Origin: Octopus sinensis | Taxonomy: Eukaryota | Assembly: GCF_006345805.1 (NCBI RefSeq) | Contig: NC_043006.1 | Location: 25,606,001-25,670,000 of the forward strand | Reading direction: 5' to 3' | DNA: 64,000 nucleotides | Translations under genes and position numbers: made by a program | Notes under the pieces: generated by a model | What the model saw: only the letters and a program-made list of their open reading frames with translations | Told to the model about the DNA's origin: nothing | Database searches by the model: none | In this document: one piece after another, positions 52,763 through 64,000 of the stretch | Position numbering within the stretch: the stretch's first letter is position 1 | Layout: each line of letters opens with the position of its first letter

Positions 52763-53305
52763 CTGTAAAATATTTTGGTAGGTAAAAGATAAATAACTCA
52801 ACAAATCTTGTTTCCTTCAGAAAGCAGTATTTAATTTCAGATTCTGTAAATTATTAAACTGAAAGCAGATTTATATAACTCCATAAGAAACTAAATCTAT
52901 CATGAATAACATTTCAAGGTCTAATACTTATTACCTACTGCTAGATTAATTGAGAATAAAATGTTATATTGAAGATGTACAGAAACATAAATAATGACTC
53001 ATTAGTCCATTACCTTCTCCCTATATTTTATCTCTGTTTAGGTACAGCTTAGTGAAACACCTTTTCTGTGATAGAAGTTTCAATATTGATAATGTGTTAG
53101 TAATTATAACTTGCAAATTAGAATGTCTGGTAATATGTACTGTTGAAATTACAACTATTCTTAATGACAACTGTCAGTAATCAAAATTGCAACAATTACT
53201 GGGAAATGCAACTTTATAAACTATGGGATTGTTTTTTTCTTGTGCAGGCATGGCTGCACAAGAAGCCTGTTTCCCAATCATATGGTTAGGAATATATAAA
53301 TATAA

Positions 53306-53364
<59 letters not shown>

Positions 53365-53460
53365 TAATCCAAATAAGAAAGCACAAAAAAACACAACAAC
53401 GCGAGGACGTGGAACAAATATAGTATCATTGGATGCTCAGGAAAGAAGGAAAGAAGGTGG

Positions 53461-53495
53461 GTTTAACGTTTCGAGCAGAGCTCTTCGTCGGAAAC
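53461..53495 (-). ncRNA. Minimal type-I hammerhead-like motif (PLE-associated), variant core
   Basis: The - strand reads GUUU CCGACGA A GAGC-UCU-GCUC GAAA C GUU AAAC; U4 of the CUGANGA core is C. Confidence 0.45.
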
Positions 53496-53814
53496 ATAGG
53501 AGAAGGAAAGATCCAGAGAAGGGAAGACAGAGGAAAAAAATCACCAACGGTACACACGAGGTTACATTTTGAAAGCATATATATATATATTCTTTTATTC
53601 TTTTATTTGTTTCAGTCATTTGACTGCGGCCATGCTGGAGCACTGCCTTTAGTCGAACAAACTGACCCTAGTATTCTTTGTAAGACTGATACTTATTCTA
53701 TTGGTCTCTTTTGCTAAGTTACGCTAAGAACTGCCAAGTTACAGGGATGTAAACACACCACCATCGGTTGTCAAGCAATGGTGGGGGGACAAACACAGAC
53801 ACACAAACATATAT

Positions 53815-53925
<111 letters not shown>

Positions 53926-55934
53926 CGACAGGCTTCTTCCAGTTTCCGTCTGTCCACCAAATCCACTCACAAGTCTTTGGTCGGCCCGAGGCTAAAGTAA
54001 AAGACACTTGCCCATGATGCCATGCACCATGTGGTTGATAAGCAAGCTACTTACCACACAGCCACTCCTGTGCCTAAGTATCCTTATCTTTATTTATTTT
54101 TTAATTTGCTTTTGTTAAGAATACCTCAACTTATTCTTTTTTTTATCTGATTCCTCTTTTTTATATCCAGTATGTATTTTATGGATTTTCACAATATAAA
54201 ATTTTTATCTTTATGTCTAATTTTTCATTCTATAAATCCTTTATTGAAATTTTATGTAAATATTTCTTCCTTTTATTCTTTTATATTATATTATATTATA
54301 TTATGTTTTGTATTTTGTATACCCATTTACCCTCGTATATACTGGTAACTTCTATAGATTGTGAAGAGGTTTGTAAGTTCTCTCTGTTGTTAATCCTGGT
54401 ATATTATAATACAATATGGTATTTATATTTATTCATTTGTATCTACATTTTATAGTTATAATATATATCTCTTTTATATATATATTTGTATATGATATTT
54501 TCATGTATATGATATTTTCATGTATATATATCTGGTATTTTTATACCATCTTATATCCTTTAAAATTTTTTGTAATGGTGAAAATTTTTATATAATTAAA
54601 TTTTTCCAAGATTCTTTTAAATAAGTTTGTCTGTTATAGAATTGCTTATCTTTTTTAGCACTTAATCTTTGGTTTTCAGTCAATAGAACATGTGTGCCCC
54701 TTCTCGGATGAAATCTGAATTTAATCATGGGTTCAATGTTGAATAGTTTTATCATGGCCACCTTAACAGTATGCTAGGATGAAGCATTATGAGGTTTCTA
54801 TTTCATATAAAAGTGGTCCCTTTTTTTAGGGCTTAGACTGGTTTATTTATCCTTCTTCCCTTACTTGGTCCTTAAATCTCTTTGTAAATTTAATGATTTA
54901 ATATATAAAATATAATAATATGTCAATAATAATATATAAATTTTGCAAAATTTGGATATATATTTTTCTCCCTGTACCCTTAATACACACTTAGAAAATA
55001 TTTTTGTTGTTTTTGTAAAATCTCAGAAAATAATTAAAAATTCACATTTTTTATCAAATTATTTTGTTATATTTGTCTATCTATCCAACTGTAAACATTT
55101 TAAATATTTCACTAACTTTTTGTTATAACTTGGTAAAAGGGTACATTTTTTGCCAAAAATTGCTAAATTTGTTCCCACAGTCTTCTTTATCTACAACCAG
55201 AATCGTAAACTTTCTCTTGAAAATATTTCAAACTAGTCAAAGCTGAGAGTTTGACTGAGACAGATTTGTGACCTCCTTTGTTATCTATTTTAAGCCCCTT
55301 TTAATTGATAATCATAATATAGCTTGTCATTCCTGCCCTTCCTCTTTCTGGTTATCTCCTATATACCATTATCTTGTTAGCATTTTCAGAGGCATGTTCT
55401 TTTATGTAGACATGGCAAATTTATAGTCACAGTAAAATAAGTGCGGTGTGTGGGTGTGTGTAATAGTATCTGACATTAATTGATTTATCACCAGCAGCAA
55501 GAATTTAACTGTCAAATTCACAATGGCATTTAATTCTAAAGGGATGTAGAACACTTGTTACATTGGATCTTTTAATTGTGATAAGGATAAAGATGAATGT
55601 AGCTACATCACCACTACTCTTTCTTGACTCCCATCATTATTTTCTTCTGTCACTCAAAATTATAGCAGGCTTTAAGTATTCTCTCCCAAAGTTCAGTCTG
55701 CTACAATAATAGCAGTAAGCATTGTAATTCTTTTATTCTCTAGTTCTGATGAAAAATTTGCTAAAAAATTATAATGGAGTATCCTGTATGTTGAAAAAAA
55801 AAAAAAAAATGGTCTTATGCAGCTGAGGAGAGCAGAGTACTTCAGATTGATGTAATGCTTGCATTGATCAATTGAATGAAGCTTGAAACGGTTGTAATGC
55901 ACTAATACCTGGACATCTCTGTTACTTATTTGCT

Positions 55935-56021
55935 TTTATACACACACACATACATATATATACATTATATACATATATATGCATATATATATATATATAT
56001 ATATATGCACATTTATATATG

Positions 56022-56063
<42 letters not shown>

Positions 56064-56198
56064 TATATATGTGTGTGTGTGTGTATATATATATATGTAT
56101 GACAGTTTGAAAGGAGTTGGCAAGCTGGAGAGTTGTACCAGACTCCAATCATGTTTCGGCAAAGTTTCTGCAGCACACACACACACGCACACACACGT

Positions 56199-56266
<68 letters not shown>

Positions 56267-56492
56267 CTCTGTGTGCATGTATGTCTTTGTTTACGTTTAC
56301 ACAAGTCTTAAAACATGGTGCTGATATTAATGTGAAGTCCTTTTATCTCCCATGATTCAGTTGTTTGACAGACTGGTTGGTAAAAAAAGTACCAGACTAA
56401 AATATGTACAGTGGTTGATGTGATTATTTGATCACTTGATACCTTGGAAGTACTTCCTCTGCATAACTGCAGTCCAGTGAGTGAAACTAGTA

Positions 56493-56566
<74 letters not shown>

Positions 56567-56570
56567 TGCA
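55935..56570. repeat. (TA)n/(CA)n microsatellite blocks
   Basis: Directly visible dinucleotide runs; source of the IYIY, CVCV and HTHT pseudo-ORFs. Confidence 0.95.
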
Positions 56571-56663
56571 TATACTAGAATTTTTTTTAGTTAAATATGC
56601 TCACTTTTAAAAACAAGCAGAAATCAATATGTTAAACATAAAGAATAAAAACAGGCAACTTAC

Positions 56664-56792
56664 TTGCAGCAGTTTTAATAGAAAAAGTTATAAGAAATTT
56701 ACAGCGAGTTATCTTGAGGTATTGAATGTTAAAGCTTTTTGCTCGGATTGAGGCTTGGTGATTAAGATAACCAATTTTAGATGGGAAAGATT
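56664..56792 (-). CDS. CUB membrane protein exon (C-terminal third of middle CUB-like module)
   Basis: Acceptor tcttttgtag|, donor |gtaagt. Encodes (Q)SFPSKIGYLNHQASIRAKSFNIQYLKITRCKFLITFSIKTAA. Phase 1 to 1. Confidence 0.8.
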
Positions 56793-56959
56793 CTACAAAA
56801 GAATATAACATGTATGTATATGATATATATATATATATATATATATATGATACAAAACCACATTAAAAATATAAATCCAAAACTAAGAGAAAAAATGGAA
56901 AAATAGGAACAAGGAAAGAAAAAAAGGGAATTCAATTCAATTGAACAGCTTGTACCTCA

Positions 56960-57460
56960 GTTGGTCATGCACCACAAAGTTCAACAGAACCTACTGAAGC
57001 AAGCTAACATACTTGCAGCATTACTATGGGCGATGATGAGGCTAAGATGCTGGAACAGCCAAGTACTCTCACAGGCATCACCTGACACCTCAGTAAGGTG
57101 AGCCACAAATGATAACAATAACTTTTCTGTTAGTGGCCATGCCCCTCCAAACATCTCAAACACCACAGGCTGGGAGAAATGGTTCACTGACAGGTCCCAA
57201 TACTTAAGGATTTTGGTCCGTTTGGCTATGAAAGCAGTGACCCTCCCATTTACCACAGCATCCAGGATGTGGGAGGGAGCAAAGGAGTCACAGACTGTGG
57301 AATCCCAGATGATGCACCTATCTTTTGCCCAGGTACAAAGGGTAAGACCATCTGGTCTCTTCTCATCACTTCTGGATAATCCTGCCAGCTCCAGAACTGA
57401 GGGGATATTAACCCAAGTCAGGGTCCACTTAATGATTAAGTTTAGCTTGGTGTAATAATA
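56960..57460 (-). mobile_element. CRE-like non-LTR retrotransposon C-terminal (RLE) fragment
   Basis: Peptide FSQPVVFEMFGGAW...TWLFQHLSLIIAHSNAASML resembles the CRE-clade F.P.V.E..G.W...LFQRLS..LQRGNAA motif. Confidence 0.55.
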
Positions 57461-58544
57461 CTTTCAGATTTTCCATATCAAAATCACTTTTCCAGGCAGT
57501 ACTTTCAAAGGAAAATTATACTTGAAAATTAAAAGTGAAAAATTAATTTAAAATTGAAAATCTTTGTTATATTTCCTTCTCTATACCATAAAGCTTGTGG
57601 GAGTTGCACCAGAGTTTGTGTCAATTTCTGTGTTGTTAAATGGGTGAAGGATATTTCTCCCATTAGATAAGATGTATATCTATTGGGGTATGGATACAAA
57701 ACACAGAAAAATGACATAACACAGTCTTCCTATAATGTATCAGCATTGAAAGAAAAGATTAGACAAAACAATTATGATGATTATTTTGTTTACAAGTAAT
57801 TTAAACTATATCCAGCTACAGCAGTTTATATTTGGTGCATCTTAATATTATTTTCAGTAAGGATCACTACTGTTCAGAATTTTTTCAATAGAAGAAAAGC
57901 TCCATGATTTTGGATTAGTTTCATAACCACATATAAGAAGGAATATGTAAATGTTTTTTTCAATGCAAGCTTTAAAGCAGTTTGTTTTCTTACAATGTTG
58001 GCTCAGACATTTTAGTTTTACTCAGCTTTCATTGTTTCCAGGTTTTTAATGTATGATGGGATCTTCATATTTGAGTGGGGATGTGAATGCTTTCATCATA
58101 GTCACAACTCCTTGATAGACCATGATATTTGTCTTTTCATGGCAGTAATGGTTTGAACACTTATCAAAATGGGAGAAAGGAAGAAATGATGATAATAATA
58201 ATGATGATGTTGATAATAATAGCATTGGTTATGATATTGTAAATAATATAAATTTCATGGTTAAAATCTATTGTTAAAAAATATGCTATACAACTATATG
58301 TATTTTGGGTTTAATTCCACAGTGTGAACCTTGGGCCCTTCAACTATTGCCCTGGGTTGACCAATGCTTTGTGAGTGGATTTGGTAGACAGAAACTGAAA
58401 GAAGCCTGTCGTGTGTGTGTGTGTGTATGTGTGTTTGTGTGTGTGTGTATGTGTGTGTTTGTGTGGTGTGTGTGTGTGTGTGCATGCGTGTATGTGTGTA
58501 TTCTTATGTGTTTATGTTTACACTGTTCTAAAATCTGATGGTAA

Positions 58545-59111
58545 TGTAACGATCAGTGAATATCTTCTCTGGACCTTTTGGGGGTGCGAGAAGCAATCAC
58601 TATCCGTTGCTTTTAAATCCAGATCTCTACCAGTCAGAAACAACAAGACGCAGACGTAAATAATATATATCTACTTTATTCTCTTATGTGGTAACAGATA
58701 ATTGGTGTATCTGGTATCCCTTTGGTATAGATGTGTCAGAGCTGAACTTTATCGCTGTAAAATAAGAAAGTGTTCAAATGCAAAACAACACTGCCAAGAT
58801 GGCGTCCGGAATAGGGAGATGATGATGTCGGCAACAAATGTCAGGGAGAGACGAAGATAATATGCGTCTTCTTCTATGAAAAGGCTGACTGCTGCTAGAA
58901 TCAAATTCGGACAGAGAGAATATACGTGTTGTACCTTCGATAGCCATGTCTCAAGTCGCTGCTGGTGGTCAACGTCCTACGATCCCCTTGCCTCGGCTAA
59001 CTGCCACGTAGGCAAAATGGTCCTACTTCCGGTGGTGAAAGCACCAACCCCGCACGCGCGAAATACAAATGGACGGTGCGCGAGCGCGCGCCGTTGTATA
59101 GGATCACTACA
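58545..59111. mobile_element. Solo LTR (567 bp) with 4-bp TSD
   Basis: Starts TGTAACGATC and ends GATCACTACA (TG...CA, imperfect 10-bp inverted termini); GTAA is duplicated at 58541-58544 and 59112-59115; CpG-rich relative to the flanks. Confidence 0.8.
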
Positions 59112-59305
59112 GTAATATTTAAGTCGTATTTCTTTCTACTCTGAAACTTAGAAGTTTGAGTAAAATAGATAATAAATTATATACCAGAGTACAAAAGCTC
59201 TGAGTTGATATGATCAACAAAAGCCATTGAAGGTAGTGTTGTGGCATGATTACATTCTAATCACCAAAGTCACTAAAAGAATAAAAGTATATAAAAGCAA
59301 CTCAC

Positions 59306-59430
59306 GATTATTTATTGTCATGTCAAGATAAGTTGGTAGACATGAGCTGTTAATATCAAGTTGCTGTAAATCTAATTCAATGTAGGTAGATTCATCTGCC
59401 TGAAGAGTGAAATAGCAATAATCTGACAAT
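59306..59430 (-). CDS. CUB membrane protein exon (core of middle CUB module)
   Basis: Acceptor taatatttcag|, donor |gtgagt. Encodes (K)LSDYCYFTLQADESTYIELDLQQLDINSSCLPTYLDMTINN, which fits the CUB consensus CxWxIxA...IxLxFxxFDL...C..DYL. Phase 2 to 1. Confidence 0.85.
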
Positions 59431-59900
59431 CTGAAATATTAAAGATATTCAGTTATATCATATTTTTATAACAAATTCTACAGAAATTCACTGATTTTTA
59501 TTTCCAGAGCTAAGCAAACACTATTAATATACTTGGGTTGATTTAGTTGACAATAATTCACATTTTACAATGTTCTTTCATATGATTAATGAAAAGAAAT
59601 CAATATTTATTTAGTTAATGAAAATTTTGTAGAGTTAACTGATTTAACATTTTCAAATCAGACAGTTTGTTATTTTCCAGTCAGATGGGTTGATATTTTC
59701 TAATCAGAAAGCTCGAAATTCTCCAGTTAGATAGCTTGATATTAATCTTATGCTCTGAATTATTTGCAAGCAATGTATTTTCCTTTCCCTTGCTTTCAGA
59801 AACAATTCTATCTATTCTAACATGAAGAGATGGATGTAAATCATTAAACAAAATATTAAAATGAAATGAAAAATGACTGATGTATAAATTGTTTACTTAC

Positions 59901-59994
59901 TTATGATCAGTTCCACTAACTGTTGTTGATATCATAAACTGATCCTTAATTCCAGGATGTTTGTACACTTTATTTTCTAGACAGCTTGCTTTTG
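59901..59994 (-). CDS. CUB membrane protein exon (start of middle CUB module)
   Basis: Acceptor ttatttctag|, donor |gtaagt. Encodes (A)KASCLENKVYKHPGIKDQFMISTTVSGTDH. Phase 1 to 2. Confidence 0.8.
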
Positions 59995-60184
59995 CTAGAA
60001 ATAAATTGAGAATATCAATCTTGTAGCAATATAATAATTATATCTTGGCAGTCTTTAGTTAAAGAAATTCATTATATGTATATATAATTTATATAGGGAG
60101 AGTTTACGAAAAAACAAAAGATGAAGACAGGTGGTGTAGAAAACAAACAGATGTATTAGTATAATGCTCAGGAATAGAAAAAGT

Positions 60185-60220
60185 CTTTTACGTTTCGAGC
60201 CTACGCTCTTCTACAGAAAG
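60185..60220 (-). ncRNA. Minimal type-I hammerhead-like motif (PLE-associated), variant core
   Basis: The - strand reads CUUU CUGUAGA A GAGC-GUAG-GCUC GAAA C GUA AAAG; A6 of the core is U. Confidence 0.45.
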
Positions 60221-60599
60221 GGATACAGAAAAAACAAGGAGAGAAAAAAATGTGTGTAGTGGCTAACAATCTATCATGGCGATATAATTTATAGATTTAT
60301 AACATGCATACACACACACAGGCATGTATGTAGACCTTTGTTCCTCATTATCTCCATTTTTCTATGTTAACATGGATGAGACAAATACATATTATTGCTA
60401 CATTGTTTCACAGCTGAAATCTCCAAGTTTAAGTAAGTAGGTCCAGTCACACTATCTTTAAAACAGAACGGTCCAATTGATCTTTTTGATAATAAACTGC
60501 AGCATACACTATGTCCTGGTAAGTTAACAGATGTTCTCTATAATATTAGATTCTCAGGTTTCGAGTATTACAACTGGAAATTAATTGAGCTACTTAATT

Positions 60600-61090
60600 T
60601 ATATGTGGCCTCATCACCCCAAACGACCTTTGTTGGAAAGTGTGTATCTTCTATGCATCTTGCTAAGTACCACTCACAAAATATCTTTCTTTGGTTGGAC
60701 CATCTTCATCTAAGAGCATGAATTATTCTTGGAAAGGAACTTTTCTAATGACAGAATTTTGAAATATGGATGCTTGATTTTGAAATTCCTGTCTCATGAC
60801 TTGCTTGCAGTACAGATTTTCTTGAATGTTGGCAATTCATTCCTAGTACCTTTTTTCGCTTTGTGGGGCTTCTCAATGACTGATTTTCCAGAATGTTTCT
60901 TGATGGCATTCTGTACATTTACATTTGCTTCAAACTTATCTCAAATTCAAGTGATGATAAGTCATGTAGGTGGATCTGCCTGAAACTCCCTTGCAAACTG
61001 TCTTTGCAGTTGGACTATTTCAAATTTTTCTTATCACTTTAGGATAAATTTCCTTTGTTCAAAGCTTTGTCTCACACCCCTTATTTCTAA
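60600..61090 (-). mobile_element. Tc1/mariner-type transposase N-terminal relic
   Basis: The - strand gives fragments EQRKFILK, QFAREFQADPPT, DKFEANVNV and FCEWYL, with stops. Confidence 0.5.
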
Positions 61091-63628
61091 AAATGAATGA
61101 AAATTAAGTGAGCTATTAAAACATGTATTCAGTTTTTGGGTATACCTTGTATATTACAAACAGAAAGAGATAATGGGAAAAATATTTACAAAAGTTACTA
61201 ATGGTTTCAATCATTAAGACAATATAATCATATAATAAAAAAAAAGAAAGGATAAAATGAATTAAATTAAATTAATCATCCCTTCTAGCATTATTGAAAG
61301 TTTGCATTTTTCTTACAAATTGACATGTTAGTAATTGATGTCTCCATCTGACAGCTGTTAGCTTATAGTAGTAGTAGCATAGCAAACAGTAGTAGTGGTC
61401 TAGTGTTCCTTATAGGTACTATTGATATTAAGGAGTTGGTCATAATGGTGGGAGAAGTCCTATCGCAGTACTAATAGTAGTATAAGGTGGCGAGCTGGCA
61501 GAAACGTTAGCAGGCCGGGTGAAATGCGTAGCTGTATTTCGTCTGCCGTTACGTTCTGAGTTCAAATTATGCCGAGGTCGACTTGGCCTTTCATCCTTTC
61601 GGGGTCGATAAATTAAGTACCAGTTACGCACTGGGGTCGATATAATCGACTAAATACTTATGTCTGTCCTTGTTTGTCCCCTCTGTGTTTAGCCCCTTGT
61701 GGGTAATAAAGAAATAAGTATTAATAGTAGTAACAGCAATGTAGTGGTCATAACAGTAGTTGTAGCTAACATTGCTCAACCTATAATTATTTGGTCTGGC
61801 TTTAAAGGGGTCCTTTGTTGCTCTGACATATTTTGTATGTACCTTAAGGGTGTCATCTTAATCGTTGTTGCCAATGTCACTGTCGCTGCTGCCATTACTG
61901 TCATCATTTTCATGTCCCCTTTTCATGCTTACATAGGTCAATCTGATGGAACAGAGTTTTCTATGGCCATATGCTCTTCCTGGTGTCCTGGGTATGGCAT
62001 TAAAAAACTGCATTTGGTGGCGAGGTTCCAGTGTGAGAGTTCTGAAGTTGTGGGGATGTATGAAGTCATCCCTTAATTACCATTACTCCCAGAACTATTC
62101 TAACCTGGAATGGTAGTACCTGTCAGAGTTCCATCTATGGGTGAAATAGATCTTTGTAAGGGTAGATTGAGCCCCTTAGTTCTGGTCAAAGCAGTCAATC
62201 TAGAGGAAGGAAAACTCCAAAATTAATACCTTCTTCCAATATGCCCTAAGCCAGCAAGGATGAGTATTGGCTGATGAAACTAGCATGAGGTATTTAACTA
62301 TGTTAAAGGAAGGGATGGAGGCAAAGGCCTGTAGTCATTCCAGAATATCCTTGAATGCCATATTGTATCACTCAGACCATGCCTACTGAATTTGTAGAGA
62401 GAGAAGTGAGTACATTGCATATTGTTATTAACAGGGAAAAAAATAACATATGAGATTAGATAAGCTCCTGAGTAGTGTTCTGAAATTACAAATGTTGCAT
62501 GCAAATCAAGAGAAGCTGGACTGACCTACTTGAGCCAAAAGTTGGAGGAGAAATACTCACTTCACCAACTGACAATTAAACAAACTGGAGAATATCAGCC
62601 TCTTCTGGACCTGTGATAGATACATCACATTTCACATAAAAGGCTATGTTATCCAGGAGGAGATATCTACTACCTCAACAAGAGAACTAAGATTGCCTGT
62701 AGACCTTCATTTTGTGATAGAAAATGTCAGTTGTGCTGAGTGAACTGGAGCAACGTGAAATAAAGTGTCTTGTTCAAGAACACAACACATAGTCCAGTCT
62801 GGGAATTGAACTCACTACCTCATGATTGTGAGCCCAATACTCTAACTACTGAGCTATGTGCCTTCACATAAGGTATTGATATAGCTGGTAATAATCCCTG
62901 AAATTCAATCCACTTCATGTGTTTTATTGTTTCACTGAGCTGCCACACCTCTAATTCATTTCTCCACTGTGAGCTCTGCACTATATTTCAACTTCACCAC
63001 TATCAGATAGTCACAATAAATAGTAAATCTTACCAATTTATATGAAATATATATCTTCATTATAGTTACTAAACCATGCAATTTCTAATGATTTTTCATG
63101 GTGACCACATGTTTATAACTTTGTCAGAATTCCAACTTGCATGTTACAGGAAAGCCTTCAATTATAACCAGTTATTAACTTTATTCAACATTGTGGAGAA
63201 TAAGTCATATACCTGGAATGATTCTATACTAAATCCTATAAATGGCCATCTAGGTGATTGCAAAAACTCATGGTTGGAAAGTAAAGGGAGTCTCTCTTAC
63301 TGCAACTGTAACAACTTTTCCTGCCATATCTACTCAATAGTTGTCCCTGCTATTCTTTCCCACTTCATCCTTACTCTCTCATCCTCACCCACCACAAAAC
63401 TTGCATAAAATATTTTCTTTATAGAACTTTGCCCCACAGTCCTTGTACATGTTTTGATATTGTCAACCTCCAGGAGTTCAAGATGACTATCAATCACATC
63501 AACCACCCCAATTTTTGAAGACACAAAATCATCCTGAATGATCTATTTCTTACTCTAAATAACAAAAATTACTAACAAAAATGATTAAATATGTTTAGAG
63601 TAGAATTGTCAGAATGAAAACAAGTTAC

Positions 63629-63763
63629 CTTTAGGAACAGTTTTGTAAGCGATAACGAAACCAGAACTGAATGTATTTGGCTTGTTGTAGAATAAATCTA
63701 GCATGGAAGACTTTGTTGTATATTGTTGGATTTCATGATCCAGATGCTCAATAAGAGTGTTTC
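63629..63763 (-). CDS. CUB membrane protein exon (C-terminal third of an upstream CUB module); gene continues beyond the window
   Basis: Acceptor tctttttcag|, donor |gtaact. Encodes (G)NTLIEHLDHEIQQYTTKSSMLDLFYNKPNTFSSGFVIAYKTVPK, matching the CUB end SSxxLxLxF...SGFxxxY. Phase 1 to 1. The eight exons join into one stop-free frame. Confidence 0.85.
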
Positions 63764-64000
63764 CTGAAAAAGAATATAAAATATATTTCACTAGATTTGA
63801 AAAGTGGTGCCGAATTTTAGAATTCTGTAAATAATAATAATAATATATTATAAGCTTAAAGCTTATAAGCAATCACTGTCTGTTGACTAAAGAAAATAAT
63901 CTAATATTGGGACATATAAGCCCATGAAAGAAAATGTGGGTTTTCCGTACATGTAAGACAGGTATGTTAGTGTAAATGTAAGCACACTGGTCAGGAAAAC

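Noticed and set aside
54100-55250. Very AT-rich block possibly derived from an L1/Tx1-type LINE
   Set aside because: Too degraded to support a family call from sequence reading alone.
57529-57717. Open frames with AG/GT signals in a CUB-gene intron
   Set aside because: The phases (2 to 2 or 0 to 0) cannot be inserted between exons 59306 and 56792, which already complete the CUB module.
62560-62609. Possible CUB-gene exon with a GTGAGT donor
   Set aside because: Its only open frame is phase 0 to 2, which does not fit between two phase-1 neighbours that already join cleanly.
63076-63408. 110-aa + strand ORF with a CNC motif (GPS-like?)
   Set aside because: It is antisense within a CUB-gene intron, has no convincing domain or splice partners, and the motif match is poor.

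Overview
AT-rich, repeat-dense eukaryotic DNA, most likely from an octopus or other coleoid cephalopod (inferred from the dominant tRNA-derived SINE families and TA/CA microsatellites). I reconstructed three spliced protein-coding genes by hand from splice signals and codon-phase continuity. (1) The last four coding exons of a RETREG/FAM134 ER-phagy receptor on the + strand (6931-14589), with the reticulon-homology C-terminal half and a terminal LIR (DDFEFL). (2) A complete RPL37A gene on the - strand (ATG 30082, stop 18317, 4 exons, 92 aa, 5' TOP/TCT-type start, AATAAA at 18291-18296). (3) Eight exons of an unnamed type-I membrane protein on the - strand (63763-43311, 5' end outside the window), with at least three very divergent CUB-like modules, a Thr/Ser stalk, one TM helix and a short Tyr-containing tail. 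The rest is mostly decayed mobile DNA: Tc1/mariner, piggyBac-type, Helitron, Penelope-like, RTE, HERO-like, CRE-like and R4-like relics, a solo LTR, MITEs and several SINE families. Most ORF-track entries are microsatellite or transposon artefacts. There are no CRISPR arrays, rRNA genes or convincing tRNA genes. The points most worth follow-up are the orphan CUB receptor, a 6x167-bp array that multiplies its putative poly(A) region, two minimal hammerhead-like motifs with covarying stem I, several long intronic fold-backs (candidate A-to-I editing substrates), and an intact solo LTR inside the CUB gene. I found no clear evidence of a wholly new multi-gene system. No database search or folding computation was run; family assignments rest on motif recognition.
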